From UHGV virus genome UHGV-0391786: 39,231 nt of DNA; one strand, written 5' to 3'. This DNA is from a virus. Shown here in pieces: positions 8,591 through 17,568 of this stretch. Under the pieces are notes generated by a model. It saw only the letters and a program-made list of their open reading frames with translations, did no database searches and was not told where the DNA came from. Every line of letters starts with the position of its first letter. Position 1 is the stretch's first letter. The position numbers and the translations under genes are program-made.

Positions 8591-8975
8591 GTACATAGAT
8601 GCAAAAGAATTGGTAAAAGAGACAGAGGAAGATATCAGGCGGCACAGAAGAAAGACGATCGTACAGGACAAGGTGACGGGCAGTAATCCAGAGTTTCCGT
8701 ATCAGCCACAGAGCTTTAATATCTCTGGATGTATAGAGAGCGCAGTGAACATAGACGAAGAGGAACGGTTGTTGGAAGAACGAAAGCTGAACGCAAAGCG
8801 GATTAAAGTAAAAGCAGAGCGAGTAATCAATAAAGCTCCGGTAAGGATGCAGCGGATTATCCGGTTCAAGGTGATGCAAGGACTGACATGGGATGAAGTA
8901 GCTGCGAAGATGAAAGGAAATTGCACAGGGGAAAGCGCAAGGAAAGAATTTCAGAGGTGGATGAAAGAAAAATAA
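8568..8975 (+). CDS. ArpU/RinA-like late transcriptional regulator (sigma region-4-like)
   Basis: About 135 aa; C-terminal GLTWDEVAAKM...ESARKEFQRW helix-turn-helix-like region; immediately upstream of terminase genes as in many Firmicutes siphophages; probable TTG start at 8568 with GGAGGTGA RBS (the ORF track starts at GTG 8559). Confidence 0.6.
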   Translation: MDKNVIYEYIDAKELVKETEEDIRRHRRKTIVQDKVTGSNPEFPYQPQSFNISGCIESAVNIDEEERLLEERKLNAKRIKVKAERVINKAPVRMQRIIRFKVMQGLTWDEVAAKMKGNCTGESARKEFQRWMKEK

Positions 8976-9074
8976 AGTTTGTCCGTTTTGTCCACATTGT
9001 CCGCTTTAAATAATATATAGTATAACATGGAGTTAGAAGAAAGACTCCAAAAGCTTTCCAAACAACATTCGGAA

Positions 9075-9115
9075 CACCGCCGGACTTTCACCCTTTCTCG
9101 TCTGGCGGTGTTTTT
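9075..9115 (+). terminator. rho-independent terminator after the ArpU-like gene
   Basis: 10-bp stem caccgccgga / tctggcggtg with a 16-nt loop, followed by TTTTT. Confidence 0.7.
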
Positions 9116-9353
9116 ATGCCGTGGCAAATGTAGGGCAGACAGGTTCGACTCCTGTACACGGCTTCGGATGTAAAGTAGCGGCTGGTAGACGGCCCTTAAA
9201 TGATTAAGCGCGCGATCGGCTTTGCATCTGATTGGTACCAATAGCAGGTATCCGCAGATCTGCAAAACAAACAAAAATAGATTCAGCAATCTATATTTAG
9301 TGTCAGTACCCGAGTGCGGATAGGGTAAAGGGTGTCAATAAAAGGCATCCTAC

Positions 9354-9426
9354 GGGTGTATAGCTCAATTGGTAGAGCAATCGGCTGTTAACCGATGTGT
9401 CGTAGGTTCGAGTCCTGCTATACCCG
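9354..9426 (+). tRNA. tRNA-Asn (anticodon GTT)
   Basis: Cloverleaf by hand: acceptor GGGTGTA/TATACCC, D-arm GCTC..GAGC, anticodon stem ATCGG/CCGAT with loop CTGTTAA, T-arm GTAGG-TTCGAGT-CCTGC, discriminator G; CCA not encoded. Confidence 0.8.
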
Positions 9427-9587
9427 TTGTGGACTACTGCAAGTTACTCCTTTTTCCTATAAATTTTGATTGTGTACTTGGTTATTTTGGTTTTGTTGCT
9501 GTTATAATTCTTTCGTTTTGCAGTAGTCCTAAATTCTTAGCATCCAGAGATGGGTGCTTTTATTATGCTTAAAAGGTGGTGAGTCCT

Positions 9588-10157
9588 ATGACAGAAAAAC
9601 AGAAAATATTTGCAGATGAGTACTTGATTGATCTAAATGCCACACGGGCTTACCGCGCGGCGTATCCGAATTGCAAAAAAGATAGTTCGGCAGATGCAGC
9701 AGCGAGAAAATTACTCGGAAATACTCGGATTCAAACATATATCACAGAACGAATGGAAGAACGGCAGAAACGAACGGAGATCACCCAGGACATGGTGCTA
9801 CAGGAACTAGCTGCGATTGCTTTTTCCAAGGCTTCTGACTACGCGAAAGTAGTTGAGAAACAGGCTACAGCAGAAGTAGATGGAAATATTATTCCACTCG
9901 TAGGAGAGGACGGAGAACCGATTCTGTATCGGACCGTAGAATTGGAACTTACAGATAACCTTACGGAGGAACAGCAGCGAGCCCTCGGAACGATTAAAAA
10001 GGGGCGCGATGGATTGGAACAGAAGCCCTGCGACAAGGTAAAGGCGCTTGAGCTTCTCGGCAGACATTTAGGTATGTGGAATGACAAGCTGGATGTAGCA
10101 GGAGATATGGACATGAAGATTGTAGTAGACTATGGTGATGAGGATGAAGGAAGTTAA
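9588..10157 (+). CDS. terS: terminase small subunit
   Basis: N-terminal KQKIFADEYLIDLNATRAYRAAYP typical of Terminase_2 small subunits; AAGGTGGTGA RBS before ATG 9588; directly upstream of the large subunit. Confidence 0.8.
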   Translation: MTEKQKIFADEYLIDLNATRAYRAAYPNCKKDSSADAAARKLLGNTRIQTYITERMEERQKRTEITQDMVLQELAAIAFSKASDYAKVVEKQATAEVDGNIIPLVGEDGEPILYRTVELELTDNLTEEQQRALGTIKKGRDGLEQKPCDKVKALELLGRHLGMWNDKLDVAGDMDMKIVVDYGDEDEGS

Positions 10158-11400
10158 TGTTGGATTTAACAGAAATTTCAAAGAGTTTAATGAGTGCAAG
10201 AAACGATATCGACTGGCAAAAGGCTCTGCCGGATCCGGAAAGTCGGTAAACATTGCACAGAATTTTATCATCAAACTTGGTGATCCGAAGTACAAAGGTG
10301 CGAATCTTCTGTGCGTCCGGAAAGTAGACACAACAAACAAAGATAGTACTTATGCGGAGTTGAAGAGTGCAATATACAAGATATACGGGGATAAAGCGGG
10401 ATTATTCTGGCAGATCAGAAGCAATCCAATGGAGCTGATCTCTAAAGTAACTGGAAATAAAGTGATTTTTCGAGGAATGAAAGACGATGGACAGCGAGAA
10501 AAAGTAAAGTCCATCACATTCGATGTCGGAAAATTAACATGGATATGGATTGAAGAAGCAACGGAGCTATATGAAGCGGATGTCGATATTCTCGATGACC
10601 GACTCAGAGGCGACTTGTCATTCAATCCATTTTTGTATTATCAGATCACGTTCAGCTTCAATCCGGTGTCAGCAACGCACTGGTTAAAAGCAAAATATTT
10701 CGACATAAAAAGTGATGATGTATACACACACCAGTCTACATACCTGCAGAACCGGTTCATAGACGAAGCGTATCACCGGCGCATGATGATGCGTAAAGAA
10801 CGGGATCCTGATGGATATCGGATTTATGGACTCGGTGAATGGGGAGAAACTGGCGGTCTGATTCTTACAAATTATGTGGTCGAGGAATTCAACACATCTT
10901 CTGATCGATTTGATTACATGGTAAATTCACAGGATTTTGGATTCAACCATGCGAACTGTATCGGGGAGATTGGATTCAAGGATGGAGATATCTACTTATG
11001 CCGGGAATTGTATGTATTTGAAAAAGATACGTCCGAAATCATACAGCTGGCTGAGGGAAAATTCCAGAAGCGAATTACCATGTATTGTGATTCTGCTGAG
11101 CCAGACAGGATTAAGATGTGGCAGAAAGCAGGATACAGAGCATGTCCGGTCAAGAAAGAGCCGAACAGTGTAAAAGCGCAGATTGATTACTTAAAGCAGC
11201 ATACAATCCATATACATCCGTCTTGCGTAAATACGATTAAGGAGATCCAGCAATGGAAATGGCGAAAAGATGAGAAGACGAACACCTTCACAGATGAGCC
11301 AGTGAATTTCTTTGATGATGCAATGGCAATGCTCAGATATTCTATTGAGCAGGAGAGAAAAGGCAAAGTGAAGTTAAAGACCTTTAGAGGAGGAATATAA
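10132..11400 (+). CDS. terL: terminase large subunit (PBSX-type)
   Basis: Walker A LAKGSAGSGKS, ATPase then nuclease arrangement, about 420 aa, overlaps terS end. Confidence 0.85.
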   Translation: MVMRMKEVNVGFNRNFKEFNECKKRYRLAKGSAGSGKSVNIAQNFIIKLGDPKYKGANLLCVRKVDTTNKDSTYAELKSAIYKIYGDKAGLFWQIRSNPMELISKVTGNKVIFRGMKDDGQREKVKSITFDVGKLTWIWIEEATELYEADVDILDDRLRGDLSFNPFLYYQITFSFNPVSATHWLKAKYFDIKSDDVYTHQSTYLQNRFIDEAYHRRMMMRKERDPDGYRIYGLGEWGETGGLILTNYVVEEFNTSSDRFDYMVNSQDFGFNHANCIGEIGFKDGDIYLCRELYVFEKDTSEIIQLAEGKFQKRITMYCDSAEPDRIKMWQKAGYRACPVKKEPNSVKAQIDYLKQHTIHIHPSCVNTIKEIQQWKWRKDEKTNTFTDEPVNFFDDAMAMLRYSIEQERKGKVKLKTFRGGI

Positions 11401-11401
11401 A

Positions 11402-12760
11402 ATGAATGGGAAAAGACCATACAAACTGCCGGAACCGCTTTTATGTTCCGCCGACAAAGAAATCAATATGACATTAGTAGATGAGTATATTCGCAAGCAC
11501 GAAGAACGAATGCCAAGGTACAGATACCTTGAGAATCTATACAAAGGATTTCACGATGTATTCCGTCTTCCGGAAAAGGAGTCATGGAAGCCGGATAACC
11601 GACTGGCGGTGAATTTCCCAAGGTATATCACAGAGACGTTTTTGGGATATGCTTATGGGATTCCGGTTAAAAAATCGCATCCGGACGAAAAAATAAAAGA
11701 TGCGATCCTTGAATTTGACCGGGATAATGATATTTCTGACCAGGAATACGAACTGGTGAAGAAATGTTGCATCTACGGACATGCATTTGAGTATTTCTAT
11801 CAAGACGAAGAAGCAAAGACAAAGACAGTAGTCTGCAATCCAAAAGAACTGTTTGTTGTCTACGATGATACCGTAAAGAGCCGCGCTCTATTTGCTGTCA
11901 GATATGGAAAAAAGGACGATAATGTTACAAGGTATGGTGAGATACTTACAAGGACAGAAATAATCCCATTCGATGGAGAAAAGATGCAGGAGAGTATACC
12001 GAATCCTTACGGGCGTATTAACTGCGTGGAATACGTGTTGAACGATGAGAGAATCGGTCTGTATGAAGAAGTTGCCGGCATGGTAGAAACATACAACCGA
12101 GTGATCGGAGAAAAGGCGAATGATGTAGATTCTTTCGCAGAAGCGTATCTTGCAGTGCTGGGCGCCGAACTGGACGAGGAAGGCGTTTATAAAATTCGCG
12201 ACAACCGGATTATAAACCTTTATGGTACAGACAATGCAAAAGATATTATCGTGCAGTTTCTTGGCAAACCTACGGCAGACGGAACACAGGAAAATCTTTT
12301 GAATCGGCTCGAGGATTTGATTTATCAGACAAGTATGGTAGCGAATATCTCAGACGAATCGTTTGGAAATGCCTCCGGAACTTCTCTCGCATACAAATTA
12401 CAGTCCATGAGCAATCTTGCGTTGACGTTCGACCGTAAAGTTGAAAAATCCATGAGAAAGCGGTATAAGCTGTTTTGCTCTCTTGCAACGAATGTGTCAG
12501 ATCGGGACGCATGGAAAGATATTGATTTTACAATGAGTAGGAATATCCCGAAGAATCTCTTGGAGGAAGCGCAGACAGCACAGGCGCTTGAAAGTATCGT
12601 GTCCAAGGAAACGCAGCTGCAGGTCCTCTCGATCGTTAAGGACGTTACTGAGGAAATAGATCGAATGGAGAAAGAGGAAGAAAAGAAGCAGGAAACAATC
12701 GTAGAGAAGCGGATGTTCGGAGGTGCGGCAGATGAGCAGCAGGACGTACTGGAAGAATAG
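11402..12760 (+). CDS. portal protein (SPP1 Gp6-like)
   Basis: 452 aa directly after terL; SPP1-type portal N-terminal features; acidic C-terminus. Confidence 0.8.
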   Translation: MNGKRPYKLPEPLLCSADKEINMTLVDEYIRKHEERMPRYRYLENLYKGFHDVFRLPEKESWKPDNRLAVNFPRYITETFLGYAYGIPVKKSHPDEKIKDAILEFDRDNDISDQEYELVKKCCIYGHAFEYFYQDEEAKTKTVVCNPKELFVVYDDTVKSRALFAVRYGKKDDNVTRYGEILTRTEIIPFDGEKMQESIPNPYGRINCVEYVLNDERIGLYEEVAGMVETYNRVIGEKANDVDSFAEAYLAVLGAELDEEGVYKIRDNRIINLYGTDNAKDIIVQFLGKPTADGTQENLLNRLEDLIYQTSMVANISDESFGNASGTSLAYKLQSMSNLALTFDRKVEKSMRKRYKLFCSLATNVSDRDAWKDIDFTMSRNIPKNLLEEAQTAQALESIVSKETQLQVLSIVKDVTEEIDRMEKEEEKKQETIVEKRMFGGAADEQQDVLEE

Positions 12761-14012
12761 AGAGGAAGAACAGCGGAAGAAGAATATCAAGGACGAAGCT
12801 GAATACGCGAAAGAGATTGAGAAGATCTATGCGAACATGATGGATGAAATCCAGAAAGAGATCAATGGATTTTACACGCGATATGCAAAAGCAGAGGGAA
12901 TCACAATTGCAGAAGCGAAGAAGCGAGTATCCAAAATGGACATTGATGCGTACAGCCGGAAGGCGGAGCAGTATGTAAAGGATAAGGATTTTTCGAAGGA
13001 AGCCAATGAAGAGATGCGACTCTATAACGCAGCTATGAAGATTAACCGGTTGGAAATGCTGAAAGCCAATATCGGAATGAATCTTGTCGGCGGGTTTGAT
13101 GAGCTTCAGAAGTATTTTGAGCAGATCCTGACGAAGAAAACACTGGAAGAATTTGAAAGGCAGGCTGGAATTCTTGGAAAATCCATTCAGAACAATGCGA
13201 AGATGGCACATTCGATCGTGAATGCTTCTTTCCACAATGCAAAATACTCGGACCGTATTTGGATGTATCAGGATATGATGAAAGCAGAACTGGCGAAGCT
13301 CTTACAAACAGGTCTGATACAAGGCAAGAATCCAAGAATACTTGCAAGGCACCTTACCAAACTGTTTGGAGTAAGCAGGGAAAATGCGGAGCGACTGATG
13401 ATAACGGAACTGTCAAGGGTGCAGGCAGAAGCGCAGAAACAGTCTTATATCCGCAATGGATTTGAAGAGTATGAGTTTATCGCGGAGCCGACTGCTTGCC
13501 CGATCTGCCGGGCTTTAGACGGAAAGCATTTTAAGGTATCGAAAATGATGCCGGGAGAAAATGCGCATCCAATGCATCCTAATTGTCATTGCAGTACAGC
13601 AGCATATATGGATGATAAAGAGTATCGAGAATGGCTGGATGGATATTCCGAACATGGAATGGATTTTGAAACTTGGAAGAAGAGGGTTGAAAAGAAATCT
13701 ACGTTTGATATAATAAAGGCAGATAAAACTGTCAGCGGACATTCCGGCACTCCTAAGATGGCAGAGGCAAGAATGGTAATAGATCACATTGGAAAAGATG
13801 GGAAAGTAGATGTAAGAGCTTTTTACGGAGAGTCAAAATTAAAATCTAAAGATATCCACACAACCGATCATGGGAATCCAAAGCAGCACCCTTACGGGAA
13901 AAACGGGGAGCATGTACATGATTATACATGGGGAGATGATGGAAGATTGAAGAATAAGACAACTCGCGAATTAAGTGAAGAGGAAAGAAAGGAAAATGGC
14001 GATATATTATGA
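12732..14012 (+). CDS. minor head (head morphogenesis) protein, SPP1 gp7 / Mu F family, with ~130-aa C-terminal extension
   Basis: MuF hallmark ...TACPICRALDGKHF...HPNCHCS; GGAGGTG RBS before ATG 12732; His-rich C-terminal tail beyond the MuF domain. Confidence 0.8.
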   Translation: MSSRTYWKNREEEQRKKNIKDEAEYAKEIEKIYANMMDEIQKEINGFYTRYAKAEGITIAEAKKRVSKMDIDAYSRKAEQYVKDKDFSKEANEEMRLYNAAMKINRLEMLKANIGMNLVGGFDELQKYFEQILTKKTLEEFERQAGILGKSIQNNAKMAHSIVNASFHNAKYSDRIWMYQDMMKAELAKLLQTGLIQGKNPRILARHLTKLFGVSRENAERLMITELSRVQAEAQKQSYIRNGFEEYEFIAEPTACPICRALDGKHFKVSKMMPGENAHPMHPNCHCSTAAYMDDKEYREWLDGYSEHGMDFETWKKRVEKKSTFDIIKADKTVSGHSGTPKMAEARMVIDHIGKDGKVDVRAFYGESKLKSKDIHTTDHGNPKQHPYGKNGEHVHDYTWGDDGRLKNKTTRELSEEERKENGDIL

Positions 14013-14248
14013 ATAAAGATGAAGTAAGACAAATTTTATCTGAGTGTTGCAATGATATTTCTTTCTCTTACAGAGGATTGCCATCAGGAGTGACAGTTGA
14101 AGTTCATAATTATGTTCCGACATATCAAGTATGGCATGGAGATGACGTGAAAGAGTATGATAATGTGGATGAAGTTATGAATGATAAATTTTATAGTGGA
14201 AAGTCATTAAACGATCTAGTAAAAGAGGTAGAAATTGATGTAATGTAA
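14009..14248 (+). CDS. hypothetical protein, 79 aa
   Basis: ATGA overlap with the MuF gene; followed by a terminator. Confidence 0.5.
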   Translation: MNKDEVRQILSECCNDISFSYRGLPSGVTVEVHNYVPTYQVWHGDDVKEYDNVDEVMNDKFYSGKSLNDLVKEVEIDVM

Positions 14249-14280
14249 TACCATCGGCTGAGTTGGCTGGTGGTATTTTT
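14249..14280 (+). terminator. rho-independent terminator
   Basis: taccatcggc / gctggtggta 10-bp stem (two G-U pairs), 7-nt loop, then TTTTT. Confidence 0.55.
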
Positions 14281-14305
14281 ATACCCATTTTGGAGGTGAT
14301 GTAAT

Positions 14306-14593
14306 TTGATTGAAGCAAGAATTCGACCAGAGCGAATCGAAATCTCTGGACACGCCGGGTACGCAGAACCTGGAAAAGACATTGTTTGTGCTGGCGTTAC
14401 GGCGCTTACGCAGACGCTGATCCAGTCGATTGATGACTTAACGGATGATGAAATAGAATACAGAATATCTCCCGGAAAGGCTGAGATAGAATACAGGAAT
14501 CTGTCAGAGAAATCAAAAACTCTGGTGGATTCCTTTTTCGTTGGCATTCGCTTGATTGCCGATGAGTTTCCGGATTATGTAGCAATTATGTAA
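14306..14593 (+). CDS. prp: Prp-family cysteine protease (ribosomal-processing protease homolog, phage prohead protease type)
   Basis: ISGHAGYAEPGKDIVCAGVTAL matches the Prp/YsxB (DUF464) catalytic H/C region; TTG start with GGAGGTGA RBS; upstream of scaffold and capsid genes bearing LQLFA motifs. Confidence 0.75.
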   Translation: MIEARIRPERIEISGHAGYAEPGKDIVCAGVTALTQTLIQSIDDLTDDEIEYRISPGKAEIEYRNLSEKSKTLVDSFFVGIRLIADEFPDYVAIM

Positions 14594-14676
14594 TTCGCGC
14601 CCAAGTCTTGAAGGCGTAAAAAGCTAGGGGAAAGGACCATGAAGAATGTCATTAAACTTTTAGGAGGTAAAGAAAA

Positions 14677-15252
14677 ATGAAGAGCAGGATGTTTAGAATG
14701 CTGCAGTTATTTGCAGAAGAAACCGTAGATCACACAGCAGAACCTGATGCGGTGAAAGATAGTGTTAATCCGGAAAACACATCTGATGATAGCGGGGAAG
14801 AAAAAAAGTACACAGACAAGGATGTGGATGCGATTGTAAACAAAAGATTCGCAAAATGGAAAACTGAGCAGGAACAGGCGGTAAAGAGTGCTAAGGAAGA
14901 GGCAGAAAAGCTGGCAAAAATGAATGCTGAGCAGAAACAGAATTACGAGATCGAGAAGTTGCAAAAAGAGAATGAAAAACTGAAGCAGGAGGCTGCAAAG
15001 GTTGAGCTTAGCAGAAGCGCCACAGGCATTCTTGCAGAAAAAGGAATTGAAGCAACGCAGGATGTTCTTGATTTTGTTGTAGGGAATGACGCTGATGATA
15101 CGAATGCAAAAATTGATAAGCTTGTAAAAATCGTGGAATACCAGCTTAAGAAAGCCGAGATCGCCAGAGCAACCGGAACTACACCAAAAACCATGACGAA
15201 CTCAGGAAGCCAGTTGTCTGAATTTGAAAAGAGACTTGCAAAGTATAAATAA
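14677..15252 (+). CDS. scaffolding protein (coiled-coil), N-terminal MLQLFAEE Prp-cleavage-like motif
   Basis: AGGAGG RBS; Glu/Lys-rich coiled coil; position between Prp and capsid. Confidence 0.7.
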   Translation: MKSRMFRMLQLFAEETVDHTAEPDAVKDSVNPENTSDDSGEEKKYTDKDVDAIVNKRFAKWKTEQEQAVKSAKEEAEKLAKMNAEQKQNYEIEKLQKENEKLKQEAAKVELSRSATGILAEKGIEATQDVLDFVVGNDADDTNAKIDKLVKIVEYQLKKAEIARATGTTPKTMTNSGSQLSEFEKRLAKYK

Positions 15253-15265
15253 GGAGAATGTGAAG

Positions 15266-16186
15266 ATGAAGAACAGAGAATTTATGATGTTACAGTTATT
15301 TGCGGCAGGAGACAACAATGATATGCCGATAAGGAGCTACCAGCTTGAGTTTAAAAGTCTTTTGCAGGCAGTATTTAAAAAGATGTCCTATTTCGCGGAT
15401 TTTTTCGGCGGCGAAATTGAGGTACTGGATGGAGTCAGAGAAAATGAAACAGCCTTTTATGTAAAAACATCAGACATTCCGGTTGTGGTTGGAACTGGGT
15501 ACGATAAAACAGCTACGAAAGCGTTTGGAACGGGAACAGGGAACTCTAGCCGTTTCGGGGAGAGAAAAGAGATTATCTACGCGAACACGCCGGTTAATTA
15601 CTCTTGGGGATGGAATTACCACGAGGGAATTGACCGACACACGGTAAACAATGATTTTGACGTTGCGGTAGCAGATCGCTTGGAACTGCAGGCGAGGGCT
15701 AAGACAAAGCAGTTTAACAAGCAGCACGGAAAATTTATTTCCACATCTGCAGGAAAAACTTTAAGTGTTACTGATTATACGGCAGACAATGTATTAAAGC
15801 TGTTTAATGAGCTGTCTAAGTATTTTAATAACATCGAAGCAGTTGGAACGAAAAAAATTAAGGTTTGTTCCGATCTGTACAATGCCGTCGTGGATCATCC
15901 TTTGAATACGACTGCTAAAAACTCCACTGTAAACATTGATGGCAATGAGGTTGTGAAGTTCAAGGGATTCCTTGTAGAGGAGATTCCGGATGAGCTCTTC
16001 AAGCCCAAAGAATGTGCCTATGCATATATTGCCGGAGTTGCAAAAGCATTTACTGGAATTAACACAGCGAGAACGATCGAATCCGAGGATTTTGACGGTG
16101 TAGCTTTGCAGGGAGCTGGTAAGGCTGGAGAATTTATTCCGAATGACAACAAGAAAGCTGTAGTTAAAGTGTCGGTGGGGGAATAG
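15266..16186 (+). CDS. major capsid protein
   Basis: AAGGAG RBS before ATG 15266 (the ORF track starts at 15224); N-terminal MKNREFMMLQLFAAG mirrors the scaffold N-terminus; 306 aa; followed by a hairpin. Confidence 0.7.
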   Translation: MKNREFMMLQLFAAGDNNDMPIRSYQLEFKSLLQAVFKKMSYFADFFGGEIEVLDGVRENETAFYVKTSDIPVVVGTGYDKTATKAFGTGTGNSSRFGERKEIIYANTPVNYSWGWNYHEGIDRHTVNNDFDVAVADRLELQARAKTKQFNKQHGKFISTSAGKTLSVTDYTADNVLKLFNELSKYFNNIEAVGTKKIKVCSDLYNAVVDHPLNTTAKNSTVNIDGNEVVKFKGFLVEEIPDELFKPKECAYAYIAGVAKAFTGINTARTIESEDFDGVALQGAGKAGEFIPNDNKKAVVKVSVGE

Positions 16187-16276
16187 CACCCCCTGAAGAC
16201 CTCGCCTTGGTAGGCAGGGGGAAAGTCGGAAAGGCAAAAGTAGGAAAAGTAAAATAGTATAATGGAGGTATTAAAA

Positions 16277-16597
16277 ATGGCATATACACCAACTACATGG
16301 AATAATGATGACGTTATTACAGCGGAGAAACTGAATAAGTTAGAGCAGGGCGTGAAGAATGAGCAGATTGGACCAGCAGGACCAGCAGGACCAAAAGGCG
16401 AAAAAGGCGATCCGGGTGCGCAGGGACCTGCTGGAACAAGTTACACTCTTCCTGCGGCGAACAAAACAACGCTGGGTGGTGTGAAACAGATGGCTTTGAT
16501 CGCAGATTTGTCGACAGAAACAGCGACTGACCTGAAAAACAAAATCAATGCGATTCTTGCGGAGATGAAAAAACAGGGTATCATGGCGAATTCGTAA
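16277..16597 (+). CDS. collagen-like repeat small protein (possible capsid decoration or fibre), 106 aa
   Basis: GGAGGT RBS before ATG 16277; GPAGPAGPKGEKGDPGAQGPAGT Gly-X-Y tract. Confidence 0.55.
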   Translation: MAYTPTTWNNDDVITAEKLNKLEQGVKNEQIGPAGPAGPKGEKGDPGAQGPAGTSYTLPAANKTTLGGVKQMALIADLSTETATDLKNKINAILAEMKKQGIMANS

Positions 16598-16611
16598 GGA
16601 GTTGAAATTGA

Positions 16612-16932
16612 ATGCTGGATGATTTAAAAAAACTTCTTGGAATCGAGGATGATTCTCTTGATCAGAAACTGGAGTTGATACTCAGATCTGTGCAGGGGCG
16701 ACTAAAGCTCCTGCTCGGAGGAATTGAAGTACCGCAAGAAATGAATCACATTGTCGTGGAAGTGGCAGTGATCCGGTTCAATCGGTTGGGTTCCGAGGGT
16801 ATGTCATCACACAATGTTGAGGGAGAGAATATGTCCTACAATGACAATGATTTTGATGGATTTATGAATGAGATACAGGCTTTTCTTGACTCACAAAAAG
16901 AATCAAAACGAGGAAGGGTGAGATTTATTTGA
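16612..16932 (+). CDS. head-tail connector protein (gp6/gp15-like)
   Basis: N-terminal MLDDLKKLLGIEDDSLDQKLELIL typical of Phage_connect_1 proteins; AAGGAG RBS. Confidence 0.65.
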   Translation: MLDDLKKLLGIEDDSLDQKLELILRSVQGRLKLLLGGIEVPQEMNHIVVEVAVIRFNRLGSEGMSSHNVEGENMSYNDNDFDGFMNEIQAFLDSQKESKRGRVRFI

Positions 16933-17243
16933 GATGCGATACAGAAGTTTTCTTTCAGTCGATCGTACCTGGGGAGTATGACGAAGCTACCGGGGATTAT
17001 AGAGATGATACAGTATCAGAAGAGAAAAGACACGCCAGTGTGACAGATACCGGCACAGAGACAATGAACCTTGTATATGGATCCATAAATCAGGGAAGCA
17101 AGACGGTGCGGCTACAGACGCATTACAAAAAGTCGTTTGATTGTATCCGGATAGGCAACGCCTTATACAGAGTGGATTTTGAACGAAAACTGCGAACAAA
17201 GCACGTGTTTGTAGTATCGGAGGTGCAAAGTGGCAGAAATTAA
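16929..17243 (+). CDS. head closure / head-tail adaptor protein candidate
   Basis: Size and position; TTG start overlapping the previous stop. Confidence 0.45.
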   Translation: MRCDTEVFFQSIVPGEYDEATGDYRDDTVSEEKRHASVTDTGTETMNLVYGSINQGSKTVRLQTHYKKSFDCIRIGNALYRVDFERKLRTKHVFVVSEVQSGRN

Positions 17244-17565
17244 ATTTGAGGGAATCGCAAAGCTGAATAAAGGCTTGAAAAAGAGAATGGATATGAGCGC
17301 AGTGAAGACTGTTGTAAAAAGGAACGGCTCTGATATGCAAAGAGAAGCGCAGAGGAACGCACCGGTTGACACTGGAACACTGAAAAGAAGTATCGGTATT
17401 GACATCTCTGATGGTGGGATGACCGCCACTGTCGAACCAACAGCTGAGTATGCGCCTTATGTAGAACTCGGAACTCGCTTTATGGAAGCCCAACCCTATT
17501 TAAAACCCGCATTTGAGGAGCAAAAGAAACAGTTTGAAAAAGATTTGCAAAAGCTTGTGAGGTGA
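17230..17565 (+). CDS. HK97 gp10-family tail component
   Basis: APVDTGTLKRSI motif; GTG start with GGAGGTG RBS. Confidence 0.65.
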   Translation: MAEIKFEGIAKLNKGLKKRMDMSAVKTVVKRNGSDMQREAQRNAPVDTGTLKRSIGIDISDGGMTATVEPTAEYAPYVELGTRFMEAQPYLKPAFEEQKKQFEKDLQKLVR

Positions 17566-17568
17566 GAT

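Noticed and set aside
9127-9176. tRNA-like acceptor-stem plus T-arm minihelix upstream of tRNA-Asn
   Set aside because: It lacks D and anticodon arms, so it is not a functional tRNA. It is kept only as part of the structured-region finding; it may be a tRNA remnant or a packaging or recognition element.
14639-14680. 13-codon mini-ORF (MKNVIKLLGGKEK) overlapping the scaffold RBS
   Set aside because: It is too short, with no independent evidence. It most likely just reflects the RBS and A-rich leader of the scaffold gene.
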